Shown: positions 52,001-64,000 of the stretch, one piece after another
How the letters are laid out: every line of letters begins with the position of its first letter
Numbering within the stretch: the stretch's first letter is position 1
NCBI GenBank assembly: GCA_016748015.1
Contig: JAAOMT010000503.1
Span: 880,923-944,922 of the forward strand
Direction: 5' to 3'
Origin: Geosiphon pyriformis uo1
Taxonomy: Eukaryota; Fungi; Glomeromycota
DNA length: 64,000 nucleotides
The notes under the pieces: generated by a model
Database searches by the model: none
What the model was told of the DNA's origin: nothing
Seen by the model: only the letters and a program-made list of their open reading frames with translations
Program-made: the position numbers and the translations under genes

Positions 52001-54889
52001 ATCGATGCTGATAAATTGACGGGAATCAGTTAAAGAGTAAAACCAATTAAAAAAAAACGAGATTACCTAATGATTCGAGCATGTGCCTGCTGTGATAAAA
52101 GTAAGGCGCCATACAATTCACCATGCATTTTTGGAATATCATCAACGTATATTGCTTCACCGGTCACGTGCTTTAAAGCTGATACATGAGGGAGAGATTG
52201 ACCAATAACGCTCTTTCCGTCCCTTAAATGTGTATTCTAAAATTTAAAACATCTTATTATCGCAAATTTTATTGTTAGCATGTAAAACTCACTCTGGGTT
52301 TCCAAGAATCTGTAGACTTTTGGAAATATCACGTTCGATCACACCAATCAAATCGTCGATTACATGATCATCATCATTAACAAAGACCCCGATTTGTTTT
52401 CCAACGTCATGCCAAAATTTATAAATAAAGCCCGCCGCAAGAGATCTACGATAGGATGCCATCCCACCGGGAGCAGAATACGTAAGTTCTAATTCCTATA
52501 GAATCCCAAAAAATGCTTTTAAAATTATAAAAATTCTATGATGATATGATGTATTACAAAGGTACGATATAGAAACCTCGTATATATTCGAAAGTACTGT
52601 CTTTAGAACTTTTTCATCTCCCCATTTGAGGCCCAAAATTTCCTCTTCGGTCCTTGCTGCTCGTAGAGTCATTCCACTCATACCCCCAAATGCGAACGAA
52701 CTTTCCTTGATAAGATTATTTTCATCAAGCAAGACCCGACAACTAGCATTTACAATAGCGATATCATCGTCACGCCTTTTGGCTTGTTTATAAGCTCTAA
52801 CGAATTCCCCTTGCGTTGAACAGGGAATAAAAATCTGCTCAAGTATTTCAGTTGGAGCAAGTATAGTCTGTCTATAACCAGTCCAGAACGATTTGGATGG
52901 AATTTCTCGCTTAATTGTTTCATTTTCTGGTGATAAAGATGTAAGAGTGAATAGAGTTTTAGTCGCGAGAAATACTGGATTTAAATCAGATATGGGCGAT
53001 CCAGTTATTATATTTCCGGCTGGTGATGCAACATTGCGAATTTGATTGCCAGCAAACCATCTCAAATTAGAAAGCAAGGCGTGGAAAACCTGCGATTTAT
53101 AAGGCTTGAAAGCAATGATAACTTTTTAAGTAAAAATTCTTGAGCGAACATATATTGTTCTAATTAACTCACTTTATAATTTTTGCATGCCTCGATCAAA
53201 ATGTCTTGAAAGCTGGAAAGTGTAACATTGCCTCCAATGGTAAGCCCATTCTCTATTTAGATAGAAAAATGGATGTGATTTATTCAAGCTAATTATCAAT
53301 GCCAAAGTAACGTAAAAACATTTTACCTCTAAATTCACATATTTGAAGTTCTTTAACGTCCCCTAAATAAATTTGAGTTGTATATTTCATTTTTTTGAAC
53401 TTCGTCTCAATTCCAACCTCAGTATTCCCTGAAACCAGCTTAGCAGTGGGATAATCTCTTTTAAGCTGGAGCAATTGGTGTAGATCAATTGGACTGAACC
53501 ACTTTGTTTTCCTCCCAACGAAATAAAGAGGCATTGGTTTGCGATTTATGAGCGAAGGGGGAAAAATAAGCTCTTGAGTAGGGTCATAACGTCTCAATGT
53601 AAGCTATCAAATGGAGAATCATATATTAATACATATCAAAACGCAATAATGAATAATAATTCATACCTTTGGAAATTTATCAAAGATAACAAAATTATCA
53701 TTGTCTTCGTTTTTTTGACAGCAATCAACTCTACCGCATCCTAGCTTTTGGTATTTACACTATACAATCAGTAGATAATTCCCTAAAAAGGATCAGGCTA
53801 TTAGGAAAATACCAATTTTGAATCTTGACAACGAAGCCCATTCTGAGAAATTGAAATCTCCTTATTCTCACTTCGACAACAATTTACCGAAGATTCTGCA
53901 AACTATGGTTATTTAAAATAATATCAGTTTGTCATTCGATAAAAAAACTTTAATAAAATTCTTACAGTTTTTGCCGCATCCAAGATGGGCCTATAACCCG
54001 TACAACGACATAAATTCCCTAAGTTTGATTAATGAATTAGATAAAACATAAATCTCCTAATAAATCATCATAGTTTCCAAAAGACCAAGATGTTTCAACA
54101 AGGCTTGATAATCTACCATCAAAGCACTCTTCAATTTCTTTTTCTGACGGATTAGGGTTGTTTCTAAGCAAAGCATAAAGTGACATCACAATCCCTGGGG
54201 TACAAAAGCCGCATTGTGATCTGGTAAAAATAAGTAATCAAGATTTGAAATTAATCACAAAACATATGAAGGAAATTTCGATAATGTTATGCTTGCCCGT
54301 TTAACAACGCGATTCTTTGCTATAATGATTCAAAATATTTTAATTTCCTTTGATGGTTTTAATGGAATAAAATATATTCCAAAATTACCTGCACAGGATG
54401 AGGACTACGCGAGTTTCCAATACCCTCAATTGTAATCACATGCTTTCCATCGAGGGAACACAAAGGGGCTAAGCAGCCATTAACAGAGCGATGAATAATT
54501 TTTTTGGTCCTCGAATCATAAGAAGACACCAAAACCGTGCAAGAGCCTAAGAAAATATAAACTTGTTATAACCTTAAACTTTGGAATTATCAGTAATCAA
54601 ATTTTATTAACGCACCACAACCACCCTCTGCACAGCCAAGTTTTGTGCTGTAGAGAAAATCCAAAAATATCATAAATGAGTTGCAAGTTTGAAATGCGTA
54701 TCTTAATTTACTGACCATAATAATTAAGGGAACAAAATTTTACCCCGTCAAGCCTATGGAACGTACATATTGAAGAAGAGTCAAATCAGGGTCTGGATTT
54801 TCAATTTGAACAAAAGTCCCATTAAGATAAAACTCGAGTTTTTGTATAAATTTATCGAGTTTTGCTACGATTCCGTTTGTAGAGCTCAT
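49074..54889 (-). CDS. XDH: Xanthine dehydrogenase family molybdo-flavoenzyme, many exons
   Basis: [21 protein letters not shown] and GNLCRCTGY (Fe-S). [16 protein letters not shown] and [11 protein letters not shown] (FAD). [31 protein letters not shown] and GVGEPPL (Moco). Confidence 0.96.
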
Positions 54890-55083
54890 GATTTTGTAAA
54901 TTTTCAAGCGAGAAATTCATTTGCCCTTTAAAAATGAATCCTAGTTTACAATTTAAACTCTTAAGACTTTTAATCCTGACACTAACTTAATTTATCACAC
55001 AATCCTAAGATTTAATCATCAAAAACCTTCCATAAATGAAAACTTCTTTCTTGTAACTTGTCATTTCTCCACAACAGTAAAAT
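54890..55083. promoter_or_regulatory. Short divergent promoter, XDH/MLH3
   Basis: The two ATGs lie head-to-head about 195 bp apart. Confidence 0.55.
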
Positions 55084-58000
55084 ATGAGCATAAAGCCCCT
55101 GGATCAGCTTGCTGTTCGACAATTGCGAGCTTCTCTAATTATAAATTCCTTCACCCAATGTGTACTAGAACTGATTCAAAATAGTATTTAAGATTTCTAG
55201 TGAAACATATTTTTAAATGTCGCGATATTTTAAGTTTGCCCACTGACCTCTATTTTCAACCAGGCCTTGACGCTTTTGCCCAAACAATAGAAATACACGT
55301 TAACGTTCCACAGTTCTTCGTCCAAGTTATCGATAATGGAAGCGGAATTGCACCTGAAGACATGCAAAAAATTGGCCAAAGACACTGTATGCATTAAGAT
55401 CAATGATAATATTCATTTCGCTTTTTGGATACATTCTAATTTTGGTCGGCAGCTACATCAAAATGTCATACATTGGAAGATTTGCAATTTGTAACGACAT
55501 ATGGGTTTCGTGGAGAAGGTTATCCTTGAATATCAATTCAAAATATTGAATTACTATCCCTCTGAATTGTACTAAATCAACACTAATTTTACAGCTCTGG
55601 CTAGCATATCAGAAGTCGCGACTGTGGAAATCCTTAGTAAACATGGAAATTATTTTGATCCCTACCGAATCATTTTAAAGGTCCGTGAATCGTTTTTATC
55701 TTGCAAATTTCTCAATAATTTTGCTCTTATTCATGATCTATTCATAGGAAGGTAAAATATTTGAATATGGCCCTTTCCCGAAAAGCAAGAGAAGGCAGCC
55801 GGGGACTATGGTCACAATCCATGATCTTTTTTTCAAAGTATTCCTTATTTTTCGTTGATATATATATATATATATTCCGATCTCATTAAATCCCTTGAAA
55901 ATTTTTTTTTGCTGAAGTATCCAGTTCGACGAAAGCAACAGTCATCAACCACCGAAGCAAATGAATTTGAAAATGTGAAAAACACCGTTAAATTGATAGC
56001 GTTAATACATCCAGAAGTAAATTTTACTTTCTTTGACATCTCACAAGAATACAAGATTTTTTCAACCCGAAAGGTAATAGCCTCCATTACACTGTTTATT
56101 TCAGCGAATCAGCCAGCTATCCAAGTTTCTTGGCTAATTCTAGGCGGCGTCCAGTTTATCAATTTTTCGACAGCTTTTTGGGACGTCACTAGTAAAGGTC
56201 TGTTAAACGATTCCAAAATTTACTTGCGGATATAAAATATATTCCAACTAATTTACATTAATTTCAAACAAAAAGAAAATAGAAAATGTATTTGCTCAAG
56301 AAGACAACATAAAAATATCTGGATTCATCTCTAAAAAAGGCTTTAATACCAAGGTGAGGCATAATAATATTTATTGTGAGTTCAAAATCTAAATTTACTT
56401 ACAAACTAAATTTCATTTTTATATTTACTCGAATATTTAGCAACATCAGTATCTTTGTATTTATTCTTCCGCTCAACTTTGCCTGTTTATACCATTGGTC
56501 CGCTTTTCAAATTAAATCTTAATAGACATAAATAACCGATATATCGCTTGTCACGAGGCACACAAGGTCGTTGATGACCTCTTTAAAAAAAGCGGTTTCA
56601 CGCGAAAGGTACTTAATTGGTATATAAAAACGATACCATCTTTATTCATTTAAAAACTAATCAATGCTATATCTGGCCCTTAGAATAATTTAGATCCAGG
56701 TCCTTTTCAAGGTAAAATTGAATGAAATGTTAAATTTGCCAAAAAACTTAATAATGACTAGCAAATTCATTATTAGAACCAAAAATGCTAGATGAGAAAT
56801 ATCCCGTTTATCTCATCCATCTCACTTGTCTGCCGAAAGATTACGAAATTAGTGCAGATTCCATTCAGTTTAAAATAACATTTCAGGTAGGATGTTTTAA
56901 CTTAAAGGTCAAAATAATATACCACCCTATACAATCAATAACTTGAAGAAATTTTAGAATTGGGAAAAAATTCGGGATCTCCTCTCCTTTTTGATAAAGG
57001 AATTTTTGAAAAGCCATGGATTTATGAAAAATTTAGATCAAGTTAAAAAAAGCAATTGCTCTTCTAAAATAGAGCACATTCATTCCTTGAGAGAAACATC
57101 CCCATCATTCGAAGATATACTACATGTGAAGAGCAGTGGAAAGGATGAAAATATCTTTCAAAAAAAAATAAAAGGGTTCGGGCCTCAAAACACTCTTGTG
57201 GATAATTATATCCCGTTTACAAGACCTAAAAGGAAGATTGGCAAGGTTTTAAAAATTTTTGAAGAAATCAAGTAATTGATTATGTTAAAATTAAATCCTA
57301 TTTATTTTAACATCAGCAGAATATCTATTCAGAAAATCAGAAAATTTTCAAACCAGAAATGAACAAATATACAAGAAAGACTTTTTACCCGAATGTGAGA
57401 ACTGAGGATTGGTTAGTAAATCCTAAGGCAAATAAAGTCAATCCCTTAAGTATTGTCTCTTTGTGACATCCCTTTCTTCCTTTCTAGTTATAAGGGTATT
57501 CCTTTTAAAGAACCGAGCCTTTCTGAGGATACTCATGGTTCTTTAGGATTTATTGAGAAATCAAAATTCACTTCAGGAGGAAGAGTTGACCGCAGTCGTT
57601 TGCGAACATCCGAAAGGCTTCTCAAAGATGGAGATTATGTTAATGACCCAAGTTCAACCTTCTGGGCTGAGGAAACATTCAAGGTTGCTTTCCTGACCAT
57701 TATTCAGTAGTAAGGCTATTTGGCTTAATAATTTTCATAATATAAAATATTAGAAATGGTCCAACCCTATTTTCAAAAATACCGAAGCTCCTATCCCGCT
57801 ATCGTTTAGGCCGGACGTCAACATGAAGTCTTTGTCATTTCAACCGAGTAGATACTACACTTTGAGTTGCAATATGGACTTTGAAAAATATCATTTTAAG
57901 AAGCAAGACCTTCAACACGCAGAGGTTATAGGCCAGGTTGATAATAAATTCATTGCTTGCCAAATTACTTGTTCTCTGACTAAAGGTCACAAGCCGGCTC

Positions 58001-58933
58001 TTAAGCAAAAAACCCAAAAAATTATAGTTTTAATAGATCAACACGCAGCAGATGAACGCGTACGCGTCGAATCCCTACTAAAAGAGCTTTGCCAGCTAAG
58101 TTCCCATAAGCAATCTGCAGGACAAACCGGTGTTATGACTCAATTAGCTCGTTCGGTGGTGGATACTAATCAAATTAAAAAACCATATGAAATCACCTTG
58201 ACTTTTAATGAAATACAAGCGGCTCGAAGATTTGAACATCATTTCAATAGATGGGGAATATTTTATAATCAAAATGAGCAAAACAGAAATTTTGGTTATG
58301 ATCAGAGAGAGCCATCCGACCAAATTCAAAACATCCTCTCCTCAATATATATTACTCATCTACCCCAAATAATTGCTGATCGTTGTATTTCTGAAACGCG
58401 AGTTATGGAAAATCTTTTAAAACAGCATCTTTTCTGGTTAGAGGAAAATGGTGATGATGCTTTGGATATTGAGGAGACCAAATTTAAAGGTGATAATTAT
58501 GTTTTTGATAAATGGATAAACATGACGCGGGGATGTCCCCGAGGTATTCTCGATATCGTAAATTCTAAGGCATGCCGAGGTAAATATCCACCTCATTTAG
58601 TGGTATAGGAATGGCACAAGATTAATCCTTTTTAATCTTATGATCAAAGGTGCCATCAAGTTTAACGATCCCCTCACAGTTGAGCAATGTCGATTGTTGA
58701 TTCAAAAACTTTCGCAATGCAATTTTCCTTTCCAATGCGCTCATGGACGGTAAAAGCTTCTGTTCTTTAAAGGTCATGATTTAATTTATATTTCTCGCTT
58801 TATTCCTTCATTACGCTATTTCGATACCTTTCTCAGGCCTTCAATGGTTCCAATTATGGTGTTGAATAATCGAGAATCTCCAACAACTTCATATAATGTT
58901 TCATTGCGAAGGTTCCATTGTCACAATTTATGA
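55084..58933 (+). CDS. MLH3: MutL homolog 3, multi-exon
   Basis: GHKL motifs ELIQNS/LDA, DNGSGI, TSKC..TYGFRGEALASI. Endonuclease motif DQHAADERVRVE, then SKACRGAIKFND and FPFQCAHGRPS (CAHGRPS is the MLH3 form, versus CPHGRP in PMS1/2). Confidence 0.92.
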
Positions 58934-59413
58934 AATATAAGTTATTCTTTATTCCTCGAGGTATTTTAAGTTTTTTCGTTCTGAATATGATGTTTTATAT
59001 TTATCAAGTTACATTTCCCAGATTTTGATTGTTGATCAATTAAGTTTTTTTGGATCGTTTAGATTGTCATCAAAAAGGTAAGTTTAGTTTTCCAAATATT
59101 TTAAATGTTAAGGTGTCGTCTAATTGGCAGGTATCAATTTACCTTTTTCCTTAACAAGGGATTAGAGACTTGGCACATTTTAACAGCTTGAGAGTTATGC
59201 TTCTCTTCCAAATGGTGTGATGATTATTTCTTATCAATTTGAATGGAGTCTGAACCGAGATCACGAAATTTCAGCTTTGAATCTTTTGACCAGTGCGTTA
59301 TTAGTAATTATAATGCTAACTACTAGTTTAACTTATTCACGAAAGCTCAAATGTAAAACAACCCTTTATCAGGTATCAGTTATTATAAGGAAAAATCTTG
59401 ATTAGTATGATGG

Positions 59414-61061
59414 ATGATCCCGGGTTACATTTATACAAGATACGTTAAATTGTATCAAGTAAAATTTTGTCAGCGAGCAACCTTCAGAGCATGTTTTGTC
59501 GAGTACCCCAACCTCTCTTATTTTCTAATCCAAAATTCGCTGAATTATATCACCAGTTAACTACACAATGTATTGTTTCTGAAGGTACAACCAAGGCCTT
59601 GGCCGAAGAAGTAAAAAAGGCAAGTAATTGGTGGTAGCTTCGACTCTCTAACTGCTCGCTCACTTTAAACTCTGCCTTTCTGTGACCAGCAAGAACATAA
59701 TAGAGATAAAGTAGATTATTTGGAATATTTGGCTCTATACAATCAATTACAATTTTTAACTATGAAATCCAAACTTAAGGCAGAGCAGACTATTCGAGCA
59801 GGTCTTTCTGCGAACGTTAGTTCTTTGGCCATATTTAAGCTTTTGAGCTTTAAAAATGACTCAGGAGTTAATAAAGCTTTTACGATTCAAAATTATCCAT
59901 AGACTTTGAAGTCTATCGACAAAGCCATTTCATATGCGGAAGCACAGCAATATTTGGATTTTCACCCAGATGATCACCCAATCGCAAATCATGATGTGAC
60001 TTTATTTGGGCTGCATAATGCAGATCTTCATAAAGCAATTGAAAAAGACTTGCAAGAAATTGTTGTAAGTCAGAGAATTAATCATGTCTTTTTACAGATG
60101 TTTCCCACCTCGTGATATCAATTTTTATGAAACTAAAGTCCTCCAAAGAAATAATAATGTCTTCAATTGGGGAAAAATTAATCAACACCTGTGAAGAAAT
60201 TGCAAAATTTCACTATTTTGGTGAAGGTATGTTACAATTTGTAAAATGTTTTTATAGAATTAAAATCTCGCATAAAGTTGTGCAATTGCTAATTAATTAT
60301 AGAGTTGAATCCAAGGCTATTGTTTGCCAAAGCGACGCAATTGAACAAAATAGTAAAACAGCAGATCGAAGATCTACATATCTCAAAAGTCAATGATACT
60401 TTGTCTGATCAGACTCGTGTAGGTGAACTGTTGACCGAGTATCTAAAGGTATCAAACCTCAAACTATTATGTCCCTCAAATTCATGAAAATTCAATCATA
60501 ATTGACGAGTTCTTGAAGGTGATGTCGGAGATTTTGATCAATCTCTGGAGCATGCTAGAGGAATTCAAATATCGGCACGAATACGAAAAGAACATAATCT
60601 TTGATGATTATTTCTCGAGTATAGTCAATTCCATTGTTTTAAAATTAAGGTTGGTTTCTCTGGGTAAATTTGATTAGCATAATTTTTTATAACTATATGT
60701 CAGATTCTCTCTAATTCTGGTAGGGTTCTTCGGATGAACGCGTTAATTACTGTTTATGATCAACAAACTAGTGAAGCACTTTTATCGATTCGGTAGGAAA
60801 ATAGTTGTATATTCGAATTAATCTATTTGATCATATATAGCATTTTGATTCTCACGTCCTATTATCTGCCTGTTAAACATTTAAAGAGATAATCTTCAGA
60901 TTGAAGAAAATGCCAAGTGCAAAGAATTACGTGAATTGGATGCGAAACTAACAGATTATCAAAGCATTGGTGGAGAATTCGAAGAAGTCATAGAGGCATA
61001 CGGTGAGATCATTAAAAAGATCGAGCTTGCTGAAGATGATATTCAAAGAATAATGAAATAG
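59414..61061 (+). CDS. HAUS4: Augmin/HAUS subunit 4-like protein, multi-exon (start uncertain)
   Basis: NPKFAELYHQL, TLFGL, AKATQL, IVLKLRVLRMNALITVY and L.DYQSIGGEFEEVIEAY parallel the HAUS4 pattern as recalled. The first exon is tentative. Confidence 0.65.
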
Positions 61062-61272
61062 TCCGAGCGTAATGAAAGGTAAGGTTTTGATCATGAATTA
61101 TGTCAAAATTGATTCTATTATTTGCATATTCCAAGGAAGGGAAAAGTCCAATCATGTAATCAAAATTTATAAAGTCATCAAGAAAAAAGGAGATGACCTC
61201 ATGATGTATATATATATATATATATATTTTCAAAAAAATCGGAGCTATTAAAAAACTGCCCCAATTGTTAAA

Positions 61273-62988
61273 TTATTCGCTTCGGACACTTTGTTTCAGT
61301 GCTACCTGCCTAGAGTTTGCACATTGCTGTTTATGCCCTTGTTTCCAATCCTTTTTTTGGCATTCTTTTGAGCAATAGTAAACATTGTTACAGCCGGCAC
61401 AAACCAACAATTTGCTTTTTCTATCAGCGTCGATTTCTCCGTTCTCGTCTTTACGAGAATTACTACCGCAACTATTACACCTCTTGTCTTGGTTTCCACC
61501 CGCTTGTATTCGCTCTCCATCAGGGGATAAAGCAAGTAGTTGTTGTAAGATAGGGGCCAATCGTTCAGCCTCTTGCTTAGAATCTTTCTGTTTGCCAGAT
61601 TTATGTACTTTGGTGGATTTGATCTCAAATAAAGTAATGGCTGTGCGTTTGAGGTCAGTCATTTCAGGTATATGCCCGTATAAATATTCAAATCTTTTTT
61701 CCGCGATTTTGGCTTTATCGTAATAATTGTAAGCCTGCTGAGTGCGCAAATTTTGTAAAGATTGTTTCCTACTGGATGTCGCAGTGGCGGTAGCGTTCTG
61801 AATTGTTAGGACAGATAATGCATAGAGTGCATGCGCGTAAGAAATCGAATCTTTATTCGCCCTTTCGATGTAAGCTTTAAAAGCAAGGATGGCTTCTTCA
61901 CGATGGTCTTGTTGCATATGTATGGAACCTTGAATACTGTACGCATCGACGAAATTCGGGTTTATAGACACCAGCCTCTCAAGGTCTTTAAGACAAAGTT
62001 TGTAGTCCCCATTGGCAAGATAGCAGGATGCTCGAAGATGTAAAAGTCGCGGGTGAAGAGAAGCTTCGAGCTGATTGAGTGCAATAGAAAGAGTCTGGAT
62101 GCAGAATTGGAATTGTTTACCATTAAACAATAACCAAATTACTAATATAAGAGATCTTTAATGCAGATTTTAGGTTAAGAATGGTCCCGCAAAATTAAAA
62201 ACTATGTATGAAAAGGGAATTAAAAAATGCTTACTCTCTGGTGAATTCAGGCTCCAATGTATCAGGTTCCTCCCCTTTCTTGGCGAGAGCTTTTCGCCGT
62301 TCCTCTTGTTCGCCTTTGATTTCTTCTTCCAGTTCTTCGAACGTCGAAGCCTTGCCAAAGTCCCGAGTTGTTTCAGTTTCATCCCCACCGTATTGCAATT
62401 TAAGAAGTTTCTCGTATTGTTGTGCAAGAGACATGATCCTCTGTGACATCTCGGTCGCTTTTTCATCAATTAAAAATGCTTCAACGAGATATTTTGTTGA
62501 TTCAAAGATGTCTTTTTCGTATTTCCGCAAAGTTTCATCATCTGTCTCATCGGGTATTTTCGATGCTAGTTCATACCCCTTTGCAAATAATGCCTTGGCT
62601 TTGAAATACTGTTTAATTTAAAGTTGTTGAGCAATGTACTTTTCTTGAAAAGCAAAGAAACAGAATACAAAACCTCAAGAACTTCAGGATCCTCAGTGTC
62701 TTTCCTTCTGTTACGGGTTTCAAGCAAATCATAACTTGATTTTGCAGGCCTTTCGAAAGCTTGAGCATAGACTTCTTCACGCCCGCGGTCATTTTCATGT
62801 TGATGGTCATGATCGTGGTAATGGGGGTGGCCAACTACCCCATGCTCATGATGCGAGTGATCATGTCCATGGTCATGGTCGTGATCATGGTCATGGTCGT
62901 GATCGTGGTTGTGGTCGTGGTCGTGGTCATGGTCATGTTCATGGTTATGATCAAGTGGGTGGAGAGGGGGTTGAGCTACATCTGCCAT
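61273..62988 (-). CDS. His/Asp-rich N-terminus + TPR repeats + C-terminal MYND zinc finger protein, 3 exons
   Basis: Exons 62988-62674, 62608-~62234 and ~62155-61273 splice in frame. TPR-like [47 protein letters not shown]. Confidence 0.85.
62810..62950 (-). repeat. Coding hexanucleotide-type repeat encoding (His-Asp)n
   Basis: CAYGAY units giving [19 protein letters not shown]. Confidence 0.9.
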
Positions 62989-63649
62989 TGTAGCTTGATG
63001 GTAGAAAGAACTAAGGAGTTGAACTGTGAAATTAATCTTCCAATTTCTGACTTATTTATAAGCCTATCTCGATGTGGGAAATATTCTGCCATAGCCAACT
63101 TTGTCACTAGTTTAGGACAATTTTGATTATCAGTAATGCAATTTCATGCAGGGGATTATGATTTGAATAATACCGAATGTCATTATTCTAGGGATTTTGA
63201 TTTTCTTTTTGCAACGGTTGTAAAAATTTCTGCTCAGACTATATGTAGCTGTGCGAAATCACTTTTGTGAAAATCTATATCATATTGTCAAAATAAGTCT
63301 TGAATATATATCCAAAGTAATTATATCAAGTATATTGTTTTCAGCTGGATTAGATTTTGGGTGTTATTTATTTGAAATTCGAAAATAAACAATTAAAAAA
63401 ATCTAAATAACACAAACAAGGAATTAGCAAATTTCGTCATTTAGAAATACCTATTATTGGAGACGTGAAACTGGGAACTCTGACTGTTTGGCAACTACAT
63501 AATGATTGAAGTAAGACATAAATAATAAGGGATTTTTCATGTTAAATGTGAACAATGTAATTTAACAGTTCAAATAACTCAATGAAAAAAAGATCTATTT
63601 AAGTCAAGTGAAATTTTCAATTTTGGATATCAGATTTTAATTAAAATTT

Positions 63650-64000
63650 TTAAAAGTTAAAATATACAACCAATTTTTAAAATTGCTTTATTGTTTGTAC
63701 TTCTTTTACAATCTACTTTTATAATATTTTTTTTTAAAGTAAACAAAACTATATATTTTTTATATCTTAATATGTTGTAAAAGTCATTATTATTTGCAAA
63801 ATATTTAATGATAAATTTAAAATATTTATGACATTTTTAACTATTTTTATTATTTATAAAATTTATACAATTGTATTTTAAAATAATTTATAAGTAAATT
63901 ATTATTTTTTTTTTGCATTTATAATTACAATTAAAACAAAAAATAAGAAAAAATAACTTTTTTTAACAGTTTTATTACTGCTTAAATAAAAACAATTTTT
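63650..64000. other. Start of the next AT-rich degenerate repeat block
   Basis: Sharp fall in G/C. Confidence 0.45.

Noticed and set aside
55519-55528. GTTATCCTTG donor in MLH3 resembling a U12 5' splice site
   Set aside because: The extra T breaks RTATCCTT, and the intron has a U2-type CTAAT branch site.
55858-55875. (TA)n microsatellites (also ~61208-61227)
   Set aside because: Ordinary short slippage tracts in an intron and an intergenic region.
4303-63000. Host genes as a functional gene cluster
   Set aside because: The functions are unrelated housekeeping roles; tight head-to-head and tail-to-tail packing reflects compact gene islands.
62208-63126. Plus-strand ORFs rich in Val/Met or Gly/His/Arg
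   Set aside because: Antisense frames of the His-Asp repeat and exon 2 of the MYND gene.

Overview
Eukaryotic, intron-rich, very AT-rich fungal DNA. The short introns, the gene set and the transposon families point to Glomeromycota, possibly Geosiphon-like; this is inferred and not database-checked. Two compact gene islands: 4.3-11.0 kb (RIB3, VPS60, TMA22/DENR, PRI1) and 44.0-63.0 kb (REEP/YOP1-like, ERH, ESF1, xanthine dehydrogenase, MLH3, HAUS4-like, TPR-MYND). Between them is a ~30 kb nested transposon stack whose junctions, apart from one missing Academ end, can be mapped to the base. An RNase H-bearing LINE was interrupted by (i) a pogo/Tigger DNA transposon and (ii) a full family-B Ty3/Gypsy element. 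The pogo element in turn holds an Academ-like fragment and a full family-A Ty3/Gypsy element, and that element carries a family-B solo LTR. The two Gypsy families have unrelated LTRs but share an unusual architecture: protease, a multi-Cys putative zinc domain, dUTPase, RT, RNase H, integrase, then a conserved extra ORF3. They also share 4-bp TSDs and a TGGTGCTC primer-binding site. Repeats show strong, nearly pure C:G to T:A decay that extends beyond CpG. A 371-nt TMA22 intron contains a candidate structured RNA or poison exon. Gene boundaries were read by eye and exon edges may be off by a few bases.
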